Below are positions 11,696 to 19,636 of a DNA stretch of 64,000 bases, piece after piece; the stretch's first letter is position 1; each line of letters opens with the position of its first letter. The DNA lies in assembly GCA_900546635.1 (NCBI GenBank), contig URDS01000004.1, positions 69-64,068 on the forward strand, written 5' to 3'. The position numbers were made by a program, and so were the translations under genes. Source of the DNA: an uncultured Eubacteriales bacterium (GTDB taxonomy: Bacteria > Bacillota > Clostridia > Oscillospirales > CAG-272). The notes under the pieces were generated by a model. The model worked only from the letters and a program-made list of their open reading frames with translations, did no database searches and had not been told where the DNA came from.

Positions 11696-12002
11696 CATGT
11701 AATTATATAACCAAAGAAAAAATATGTTTTGCGCTACTAAAACCGCGGCTTTCCGCTTTTGCCGGGAGCGCGGCTTTGCAAAACCGGCCGGATGGTTTTT
11801 CCGCGCGGCTTTGTCCTTGTCCGCATGTATTCGCGTTTGTGCGCCCGTCTTGCACCAAAAACGCTCTTCCGCAATACAATGAAAATAGAAAAGTATCAAA
11901 GCGTGTCATAATTTACCTGCAAAAAATTTTTCCGCAATGTTTAAAATTTGCGTGATGCTGGGAAAAATAGTGATACCGAAATAATTTGCGGAGAGTGATA
12001 AA

Positions 12003-12365
12003 ATGAGTGTGCGGCGCGGAGATATTTTTTACGCCGACTTAAGCCCGGTTGTCGGGTCTGAGCAAGGCGGTTTGCGTCCTGTCCTGATTGTGCAGAACGA
12101 TGTGGGCAATAAGTACAGTCCGACGGTTATAGCCGCGGCGATCACGAGCAAAATGAGCAAAACACATTTGCCCACACATATTGACATATATGCGGACAAG
12201 GTCGGACTGCAAAAAGATTCGGTCGTCCTGCTGGAACAGATACGTACAATCGATAAACGGCGCCTGAAAGAAAAAATGGGGCACTTGGACGACGATGTAA
12301 TGAATCAGGTGAACAATGCGATCTCGATCAGCTTCGGTCTCGGCGGGGGCGGCGCAACCGGCTGA
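12003..12365 (+). CDS. mazF: MazF/EndoA (PemK-family) mRNA interferase toxin
   Basis: [43 protein letters not shown]....LPTH...[17 protein letters not shown] is nearly colinear with B. subtilis EndoA (NdoA). It adds a Gly-rich C-terminal tail. Confidence 0.92.
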   Translation: MSVRRGDIFYADLSPVVGSEQGGLRPVLIVQNDVGNKYSPTVIAAAITSKMSKTHLPTHIDIYADKVGLQKDSVVLLEQIRTIDKRRLKEKMGHLDDDVMNQVNNAISISFGLGGGGATG

Positions 12366-12449
12366 TTTTTTGTATATGCCTGCGCTTTGAGGCGTGACGG
12401 GGCGTATATGCGCCCCATTGTCGAAGAGCCTTGACTTTTCGACGGCCTC

Positions 12450-12482
12450 GGCGGCGGATTGTATCCGCCGCTTTTCTGTTTC
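12450..12482 (+). terminator. Hairpin terminator downstream of mazF
   Basis: GCGGCGGA-TTGTA-TCCGCCGC followed by TTTTCTGTTT. Confidence 0.65.
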
Positions 12483-12710
12483 ATCGCCTTTTTGACGTGG
12501 GGGCGGCGGATGTTATTCAAAATGAATCTGTGAAAACCTCTTGCTTTTTGCTGACAGGTGCGATACAATATGTTCAGGATTTAACAAATCGGATTTGGCT
12601 TTTGTCTTGTGTCAAACGGACTTTCGCGCCGCTTTCCATATGTCCGTGTTTTATGGTCCGGCAGTTTGGAAAAACGATCAATAAAAATTTTAAAATACAG
12701 GAGAGAGACT

Positions 12711-13640
12711 ATGGCACTTGTAACCACAAAAGAGATGTTTAAAAAGGCGTACGAGGGCGGTTATGCCATCGGTGCGTTCAACATCAACAATATGGAGATT
12801 ATTCAGGCGATCACCGAGGCGGCTGAAGAACTTCGTTCTCCGGTAATTCTTCAGGTTTCGGCGGGCGCAAGAAAGTACGCCAAGCACGAGTATCTGGTGG
12901 CGCTTGCGCAGGCGGCTATCAAGGATACGGGCGTGGATCTTGCGCTGCATCTTGACCACGGCGCGGACTTTGAAATCTGCAAGGCCTGCATCGACGGCGG
13001 ATTTACGTCGGTGATGATCGACGGTTCGCATCATAGCTTTGAGGATAATGTCGCGCTGACCAAACAGGTTGTAGACTATGCGCATGCGCACGGCGTCGTC
13101 GTCGAAGGCGAACTCGGCAAACTTGCCGGTATTGAGGATGACGTGAAAGTTGCGGCGGACGACGCGATGTATACCGATCCCGGCGAGGTTGAAGAATTTG
13201 TTTCCCGCACCGGCGTAGATTCGCTCGCCATTGCTATTGGTACCAGTCACGGCGCTTATAAGTTCAAGGGCGAACCCAAACTGCGCTTTGATATTCTGGA
13301 GGATATTTCGCACCGCCTGCCCGGTTTCCCGATCGTTTTGCACGGCGCTTCGAGCGTGATTCCCGAACTGGTGGAGGAGATCAACGCATGCGGCGGCAAT
13401 CTGGACGGGGCGCGCGGCGTACCGGAGGAACTGCTGCGCCGTGCGGCTTCCATGGCCGTTTGCAAGATCAACATTGACTCGGATATCCGTCTTGCCATGA
13501 CCGCGGGTATTCGCCGTGTCATGAAAAACCAGCCTGAGGTATTTGACCCCAGAACCTATCTTACGGTCGGCCGTGACGAAGTCAGAAAGATGGTCCGGCA
13601 TAAGATTGAGACGGTACTTGGCTCCGCAAACACGCTTTAA
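12711..13640 (+). CDS. fba: Class II fructose-1,6-bisphosphate aldolase
   Basis: MALVTTKEMFKKAYEGGYAIGAFNINNME..., LHLDHG, GELG and SHGAYKF motifs. ATG 12711 follows GGAGAGAGA. Confidence 0.96.
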   Translation: MALVTTKEMFKKAYEGGYAIGAFNINNMEIIQAITEAAEELRSPVILQVSAGARKYAKHEYLVALAQAAIKDTGVDLALHLDHGADFEICKACIDGGFTSVMIDGSHHSFEDNVALTKQVVDYAHAHGVVVEGELGKLAGIEDDVKVAADDAMYTDPGEVEEFVSRTGVDSLAIAIGTSHGAYKFKGEPKLRFDILEDISHRLPGFPIVLHGASSVIPELVEEINACGGNLDGARGVPEELLRRAASMAVCKINIDSDIRLAMTAGIRRVMKNQPEVFDPRTYLTVGRDEVRKMVRHKIETVLGSANTL

Positions 13641-13661
13641 TTCTGATTTTGATTTGAAAGG

Positions 13662-13694
13662 AAAGCTGCGGCAGATTTTATTGCCGCAGCTTTT
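13662..13694 (+). terminator. Rho-independent terminator of fba
   Basis: AAAGCTGCGGCA-GATTTTAT-TGCCGCAGCTTTT. Confidence 0.85.
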
Positions 13695-13706
13695 ATACAT
13701 AGAATT

Positions 13707-14417
13707 ATGAAGTACAGTGAAAAAGTAAAAATCTACGGACAGGACGTGGATATGAACGGGATTCTGCGGCCGGCGTCTCTTTTAGCCATGCTGGAGGATG
13801 CCGGATCGCATCAAATGGCGGCTTATCCGCCCAGCAACGACGACCTTTTGAAAAGAGGCATGGTGTTTATCGCCAGCCGGATTGTCATGCAAATTTATCA
13901 AAATGTGCCGGACGGCGCGGAGGCGGAGGCGGTTACATGGGGAAGCGACGGACGCGGCGTGACGCATAACCGATGTTATCAACTGAACTGGAACGGGGAA
14001 GCGGCGGCGAAAGTGTTTTCTTCCTGGGCGCTTGTCCGCCTTGCCGACCGCAGTCTTGTGCGGTTCGGCGAGATTCAGCACGCGTTTGAGACCGAACCGC
14101 CGCTTGTGATAGATCTGCCGCTGCGCGTACGCATGCCGAGAAGCGAAGAATTTGAGCAGGTCGGAGAGCGTCCGGTCTACTTCAGCGATGCGGACGGCAA
14201 CGGACATATGAACAATACAAAATATATCTCCATGCTCTGCGATTTTGTTCCGGGGATTGAGAAGCGCGCTTTGCGCGGGATCAACATCAGCTATATGGCG
14301 GAAGCGCCGTATGGGGATGTGCTCTCTGTCTTTTGCAAAGAAGACGGCGACAGTTTTTATTTTAAGACGGTGCGCCGGGACGGAAAAGTCAACTGCGAAG
14401 CGGTTTTGTATTTTTAA
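13707..14417 (+). CDS. Acyl-ACP thioesterase family protein (double hot-dog fold)
   Basis: 236 aa. YGQDVDMNGILRPASLLAMLEDAG... and a second half ...DADGNGHMNNTKYISM are typical of FatA/B-like bacterial acyl-ACP thioesterases. Confidence 0.75.
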   Translation: MKYSEKVKIYGQDVDMNGILRPASLLAMLEDAGSHQMAAYPPSNDDLLKRGMVFIASRIVMQIYQNVPDGAEAEAVTWGSDGRGVTHNRCYQLNWNGEAAAKVFSSWALVRLADRSLVRFGEIQHAFETEPPLVIDLPLRVRMPRSEEFEQVGERPVYFSDADGNGHMNNTKYISMLCDFVPGIEKRALRGINISYMAEAPYGDVLSVFCKEDGDSFYFKTVRRDGKVNCEAVLYF

Positions 14418-14475
14418 CGGCACGGTGCGGCCGGGTTCGCGCCGACTTCCGGAAATTTTATATTCGGCGGACATT

Positions 14476-14510
14476 TGCGGCGCGTTTTGCGCCGCACGTT
14501 TGTTCTTTCT
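14476..14510 (+). terminator. Hairpin terminator after the thioesterase gene
   Basis: TGCGGCGC-GTTTT-GCGCCGCA followed by a T-rich run. Confidence 0.55.
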
Positions 14511-14677
14511 CGCAAATTGCATTTTTGCCGTCAAAAAACAGGAAAAATTCGGTTAAAAAATTCCGAAAAATTTTTGTTTTCAGAGAGGAATTTCCATGGG
14601 TGTTTCGACTAATTATAGAAAGCGTTAGAGCTTCTTCAAAAAAGTATTAACATTTCTTAAAATTTCATGAGAATATA

Positions 14678-14706
14678 TTGACGGCAAACATCGGACGTGT
14701 TATAAT
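14678..14706 (+). promoter_or_regulatory. Candidate sigma-A promoter of the 14.7-22.1 kb operon
   Basis: TTGACG-17 nt-TATAAT, about 55 nt upstream of the first permease start. Confidence 0.65.
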
Positions 14707-14760
14707 TGCTGTATTATTCAGGATAGAACAGTGACATGTGGAAAAAGGAGGAAATGCGCG

Positions 14761-15642
14761 GTGAAAAAAATCAGGCGGGATAAGCGCGAGCGTATCGAGC
14801 GCGCCAAGACCTCGCTGTTTATAGCGCCCTCTTTTATTGGCGCGGCGGTTTTCTTTATTTTGCCGTTTTTAGTGGTCGGCTATTATTCATTGATCGACAA
14901 CCCGATCAATCAGGAATTTGTAGGCATTGAAAATTATAAATACCTTTTGCAGAACAGCGCGTTTCGTTCGGCGGTGAAAAATACGGCTGTCTTTTCTGGA
15001 ATCGCAGTTCCGCTTGCGGTTGTGATTCCGCTTCTTTTTGCGGTGCTGCTGATGCGGAAAATGCCGTGCGCTTCGCTTTTTAAAACCATTTTAATCAGTC
15101 CCTTGATGGTGCCGACCGCTTCTGTTGTGCTGATCTGGGAAGTGCTTTTTCATTATGACGGCACGGTGAATCATTTCTTGTCCGCGTTCGGCATTGATCC
15201 AATCGACTTTTTTAAATCCAAATATGCCGTGGTCATTATCGTCTGCCTGTTTCTTTGGAAAAATATCGGATACAATATGATTCTGTTCATGGCGGCGCTT
15301 GCCAATATCCCGAAAGACATCACCGAAGCGTGTATGCTTGACGGCGCGGGACCGGTTCGGGTATTCTGGAAAATCAAACTGCCCTACATATCCTCAACGG
15401 TTCTGTTCGTAACGATTTTGTCTTTAATCAATTCGTTTAAAATTTTCCGTGAGGTTTACCTGATGACAGGTAATTATCCGTATAATACGCTTTACATGCT
15501 GCAGCATTTTATGAACAATACGTTTATCCAGTTGGATTATCAAAAATTGTCCGCCGCTGCGATCCTGATGTGCGCGGTGATGATTGTGCTGATCGGCGTG
15601 CTGTTCTTCATTGACAGCAAGTTTGGGAAGGATGTGGAATGA
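14761..15642 (+). CDS. Carbohydrate (CUT1-type) ABC transporter permease, MalF-like
   Basis: Six predicted hydrophobic spans and the EAA-loop motif ALANIPKDITEACMLDGAGPVRVFWKIKLP. I prefer the GTG start at 14761, 9 nt after AAGGAGG. The ORF-track start is 14731. Confidence 0.88.
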   Translation: MKKIRRDKRERIERAKTSLFIAPSFIGAAVFFILPFLVVGYYSLIDNPINQEFVGIENYKYLLQNSAFRSAVKNTAVFSGIAVPLAVVIPLLFAVLLMRKMPCASLFKTILISPLMVPTASVVLIWEVLFHYDGTVNHFLSAFGIDPIDFFKSKYAVVIIVCLFLWKNIGYNMILFMAALANIPKDITEACMLDGAGPVRVFWKIKLPYISSTVLFVTILSLINSFKIFREVYLMTGNYPYNTLYMLQHFMNNTFIQLDYQKLSAAAILMCAVMIVLIGVLFFIDSKFGKDVE

Positions 15643-16550
15643 GAGTGTCTGTACGCAAGAAGTTTCGGTCGGTGCGGCAGGGCACGGCTACCGCAATCAT
15701 CTTCCTGTTTTTCCTCGGCGTATGCATTGTATTCATTATGCCCACGCTTTTGACGTTTACCAATTCGTTGATGTCCAAAACCGAAATCGCGGCCAACTAC
15801 GGGCATGTGTTTGAAAGCGTATCCGGCGATGCCAAAACCTATGTCTCCGGCGACACCAATTTGAAGTTGATTCCGGATATGGTTGTTTTCGACCAGTATG
15901 AAAATGTACTCTTTAAAAACCCGCAGTATCTTCTGAAATTTTGGAACTCGATGATTTTGACGGTGCCTATCGTCGTGTTTCAGATTTTTGTTGCCTTACT
16001 TGCCTCATATGGCTTTGCCCGTTTTTCGGGAAAGCTCAGAAGTATCGTGTTTTTTACCTATGTGATTTTGATGCTGATGCCCTATCAGGTCACGCTGGTG
16101 CCGAATTATCTGGTTTCCGAGTGGCTCGGACTTTTGGATACGCGCCTTGCGATCATATTGCCGGGTATATTTTCACCCTTTGCGGTCTTTATACTCACCA
16201 AGTTTATGCGGCGAATCCCATATGCGATTATTGAGGCCGCAAAGCTGGACGGCGCGGGCGAAATCCAGATGTTTTTCCGCATCTGTCTGCCGATGTCCAA
16301 GGGAATTATCTATTCGGTTGCAATTTTGATTTTCATTGACTATTGGAATATGGTCGAGCAGCCGCTTGTTTTGATTAAAAACACGGATTTGCATCCGTTG
16401 TCGGTGTTCTTGTCTCAGATCAACACCGGAGATTCGGCGCTCGCTTTCGCGGTGGCCAGTATATATATGATTATTCCGATTCTCACGTTTTTGTACAGTG
16501 AGGATTATATCGTCGAGGGCGTCGCTTACGCCGGCGGCGTAAAGGGATAG
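15639..16550 (+). CDS. Carbohydrate (CUT1-type) ABC transporter permease, MalG-like
   Basis: EAA loop IPYAIIEAAKLDGAGEIQMFFRICLP. A 4-nt ATGA overlap with the upstream permease suggests translational coupling. Confidence 0.9.
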   Translation: MRVSVRKKFRSVRQGTATAIIFLFFLGVCIVFIMPTLLTFTNSLMSKTEIAANYGHVFESVSGDAKTYVSGDTNLKLIPDMVVFDQYENVLFKNPQYLLKFWNSMILTVPIVVFQIFVALLASYGFARFSGKLRSIVFFTYVILMLMPYQVTLVPNYLVSEWLGLLDTRLAIILPGIFSPFAVFILTKFMRRIPYAIIEAAKLDGAGEIQMFFRICLPMSKGIIYSVAILIFIDYWNMVEQPLVLIKNTDLHPLSVFLSQINTGDSALAFAVASIYMIIPILTFLYSEDYIVEGVAYAGGVKG

Positions 16551-16563
16551 GAGAGAGGTATTT

Positions 16564-18621
16564 ATGGAAGAGAAAAACAAACGGGGTTGGATTAAAAACG
16601 TCATCATTATTTTTCTTGTCGTTATGCTTTTGCTGACCCTATTTTCAAATACGATTATGAATCGCTCTCTGCCGGAGGTCGCGGTACAGTCCGCTGAAAG
16701 CGGTACGATTACGACGCAGGTGAAACTGAGCGGAACGGTCAGCGCCAATCAGACGCGGGAGATTTCGCTTGAAAATGCGCGCAAGGTGGATTCGGTACTT
16801 GTCCGCCGCGGAGACTATGTGGAGCGCGGCACGGTGCTTGCGACGCTGGTTGTGGGCGAGAGCAATGAGATTTTCGATGCCGAAATCGCGCTCAAACGTC
16901 TGGAAATCGAATATAAGCAGCTTTTGCTTGAAAGCGAGGACACCCTGATCGCCACGCGCTATGAATTGGAGGATAAGCAAAAGGAACTCGCGACGCTTCA
17001 GACATACATAGACGGTTACGGTGATCTTGAAACGGTCAAAAACAATTATCAGGCGCAGATTGATTTGATTCAGTTGGCGATTAAAGATTTGGATGAAAAG
17101 ATCGAATCGCTTGACAAGCAGCTGAGCAAGCTGACCGATTCGGGCTATACCGATATGAGTAAACTCAATCAGGCCATCGAAGAGGCGAAAGACGCGGTCA
17201 GCGATGCGGAATCCGCCTATAATTCGGCCAAGCGTGCCGCGCAGAAAGCGCAGACGGTTTACAACAATTCAAGCACGGTATATGGGGCGGCGGAACAGGA
17301 TTATGACGATGCGGTCGATGCGCGCAAAGACATAGAATCCAGTATCGAAACGCTGGGAACGCAGCTTGACAAGCTGAAAGAAGATCTTGCGACGATTCAG
17401 GAGCAGATTGACGCGCTGGTACCTCCCGGTCCGGATGCGACGGAGGAAGAGATCGCGGAATACAATCGGAAAAAGGCTGAACTGACCGATAAAAAAAGTG
17501 AGAAGAATGCGCAGATTCGCGATAAAAATGAGGAGATTACAAACAAAAAATCCGAGTTGAAGGACGCGAAAACGGCGGAATCCGATGCGCTTGAAAGCTT
17601 TAATTCTGCGGGTACCGCCATGAACACGGCGCATGCCAATTATACCAGCGCAAAGAGCGCAAAAGACAGCGCGGAGTCCTCGTATAAAGCGGCAAAGAAA
17701 CAGCTTGAAGATTTAAACGAGGGTTGGGAGTATGCGCTTTTGTCTTCCCGCAAGGAAGAAATCGAGGCGGAAAAGAAAGAAAAAGGCGAGCAGGTAGAGG
17801 AGCTTCAAAAGCAGTTGGATACGGTGATTGAAAAAATGCCGAAAACGCTGGAGGAGGCCGAAAATGAAAAGGTACAGCTGACGCGCAGCATCGAAAGTCT
17901 GGAATCTACCATTCGCCGGACCGAAGCAAACGAAGAGATCAACGGTCAGACCGAAGCGCTGGATATGGAAATCAAGCGTTCGGAAATTGACCGCAAAAAA
18001 GCAGAGATTGCCAAGTTAAAGGAGAAAGTGACTTCCACGGAAATCAAAGCGACGGTCAGCGGCACGATAAACAGTGTCAATATCGCTGCGGGCGATGAAG
18101 TGGAGGCAGGGCAGACTGTATTTGAAATTATTATGACCGATCAGGGTTATACGATGGAATGCAGCGTGACCAACGCGCAGGCGTCGAGACTCAGTGTAGG
18201 TCAGGAGGCCGAGGTTCAATATTATTATTGGGGTACAAAGCCGTCCGTCCGCATTTCCGCGATTAAGAATGATCCGAACAATTCGGGCAAGGGCAAATTG
18301 GTCACGTTCACCGTGGAGGGCGACATCAGCGACGGAACCAATTTGACCATTACGGTCGGAAGCCGCGGTTCCAGCTATGATACCATCGTGCCCAACAGCG
18401 CCATCCGTGAGGATTCCGAGGGCAAATTTGTATTGCTGGTTGTTTCAAAGCCGTCTCCGCTCGGAAACCGCTTCTTTGCGGAACGCAAAAATGTAGAGGT
18501 TCTGGCTTCGGATGCAACCAAGAGCGCGATTGACGCTACGCTGTCGTGGGGTGATTACATCATTACCAATTCTTCTGTGCCGATTTCGGACGGTATGCAG
18601 ATTCGGATGAGCGAAAAATAA
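16564..18621 (+). CDS. HlyD/MacA/YknX-type membrane-fusion (periplasmic adaptor) protein with a very long coiled-coil insert
   Basis: N-terminal TM (IIIFLVVMLLLTLF). Lipoyl half 1 is GTVSAN..VLVRRGDYVERGTVLATL. About 390 aa follow that are heptad-like and rich in E/K/A/L/Q. Lipoyl half 2 is IKATVSGTINSVNIAAGDEVEAGQTVFEI. A beta-barrel and membrane-proximal domains complete the protein. Confidence 0.8.
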   Translation: MEEKNKRGWIKNVIIIFLVVMLLLTLFSNTIMNRSLPEVAVQSAESGTITTQVKLSGTVSANQTREISLENARKVDSVLVRRGDYVERGTVLATLVVGESNEIFDAEIALKRLEIEYKQLLLESEDTLIATRYELEDKQKELATLQTYIDGYGDLETVKNNYQAQIDLIQLAIKDLDEKIESLDKQLSKLTDSGYTDMSKLNQAIEEAKDAVSDAESAYNSAKRAAQKAQTVYNNSSTVYGAAEQDYDDAVDARKDIESSIETLGTQLDKLKEDLATIQEQIDALVPPGPDATEEEIAEYNRKKAELTDKKSEKNAQIRDKNEEITNKKSELKDAKTAESDALESFNSAGTAMNTAHANYTSAKSAKDSAESSYKAAKKQLEDLNEGWEYALLSSRKEEIEAEKKEKGEQVEELQKQLDTVIEKMPKTLEEAENEKVQLTRSIESLESTIRRTEANEEINGQTEALDMEIKRSEIDRKKAEIAKLKEKVTSTEIKATVSGTINSVNIAAGDEVEAGQTVFEIIMTDQGYTMECSVTNAQASRLSVGQEAEVQYYYWGTKPSVRISAIKNDPNNSGKGKLVTFTVEGDISDGTNLTITVGSRGSSYDTIVPNSAIREDSEGKFVLLVVSKPSPLGNRFFAERKNVEVLASDATKSAIDATLSWGDYIITNSSVPISDGMQIRMSEK

Positions 18622-18632
18622 GGAGGTCGGCT

Positions 18633-19625
18633 GTGAAGAAACGGGTACTGGTTTTTGGCGTCCTTATGGCGGTGTTTCTTGCGCTCGCGTTTTCGCTCGG
18701 CGCCGCTCGGCGTTCTGTGACGGCGGGGTATGACCGTGACTTTGCGGCGGACCGTTTTCGGGGGACGAATACAAATAAGTATACGCAGCTTTCTCTCTAT
18801 TGTACCGAGCAGGATTATCTGACGCCCGACGGCATGATGGCGATTAAAAATTCGATTGAATCCGGACTTACGGCCGAAAGTCTGCCGACCGCGGGAAATT
18901 ATCTGCTTTGCGCGTCGGTTGAAAAAGATGTGACCATTGCGCGGGATCAGAATACAGTTAATGCGATTGCGACGGTTTATTTCGGGGATTATTTCGGTCT
19001 GCATCCTGAGATCCCGCAGACCGGCGGCTATCTTGATGAGTCGGACGCAACCACCGAGTTCTGCGCGATTGATGATTTTGCGGCGTGGCGGCTGTTCGGC
19101 TCGGTCGATGTATGCGGGATGGATTTGGAGATCAACGGAAAATTTTACACAATTTCCGCGGTGTTGACTGCCGATCGAAGCACGTATTCTGAATATTACG
19201 GCATCACGCCCAGGGTTTATATTTTATATAATTCTGCGGCAATGCGAAATCAAAATTTGACTTTTACATCGCTTGAGGCTGTTTTGCCGGATCCGATTAC
19301 GGATTTCGGCCGGGATTTATTTGCTTCCGCAACTTCCGCTTACGGCGAGGAGGTCGTCGTCAATCATGAACGGTTTACGCCGCTCCGCCTGTGGGAAAAG
19401 ATCAAGGGAATGACGGCGCTCGGTGTCATGACCGGGGCGTCGTATCCATATTATGAAAACGTGTCGCGCATTATGGAAACCAAATGCGCCATGCTGCTGA
19501 CCTTTGAAGCGGTATCGTGGATATTGACTGCGGCGATGTTGATTTGTCTTGCCGTATCTGTTTTTCGTCCGCTTCTCAGACGGTATCATGAAAAACGAAG
19601 AGCGCGTAAAATACACGCATTTTAA
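18633..19625 (+). CDS. Two-TM membrane protein with a MacB-periplasmic-core-like domain and no FtsX domain
   Basis: GTG start 7 nt after AAGGAGG. TM1 is VLVFGVLMAVFLALAF. The extracytoplasmic segment VYFGDYFGL....IDDFAAWRLFGSVDVCGMDLEINGKFYTISAVL...RVYILYNSA resembles MacB_PCD. There is a single C-terminal TM and then a basic tail. Confidence 0.6.
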   Translation: MKKRVLVFGVLMAVFLALAFSLGAARRSVTAGYDRDFAADRFRGTNTNKYTQLSLYCTEQDYLTPDGMMAIKNSIESGLTAESLPTAGNYLLCASVEKDVTIARDQNTVNAIATVYFGDYFGLHPEIPQTGGYLDESDATTEFCAIDDFAAWRLFGSVDVCGMDLEINGKFYTISAVLTADRSTYSEYYGITPRVYILYNSAAMRNQNLTFTSLEAVLPDPITDFGRDLFASATSAYGEEVVVNHERFTPLRLWEKIKGMTALGVMTGASYPYYENVSRIMETKCAMLLTFEAVSWILTAAMLICLAVSVFRPLLRRYHEKRRARKIHAF

Positions 19626-19636
19626 GGAGGAACAGA

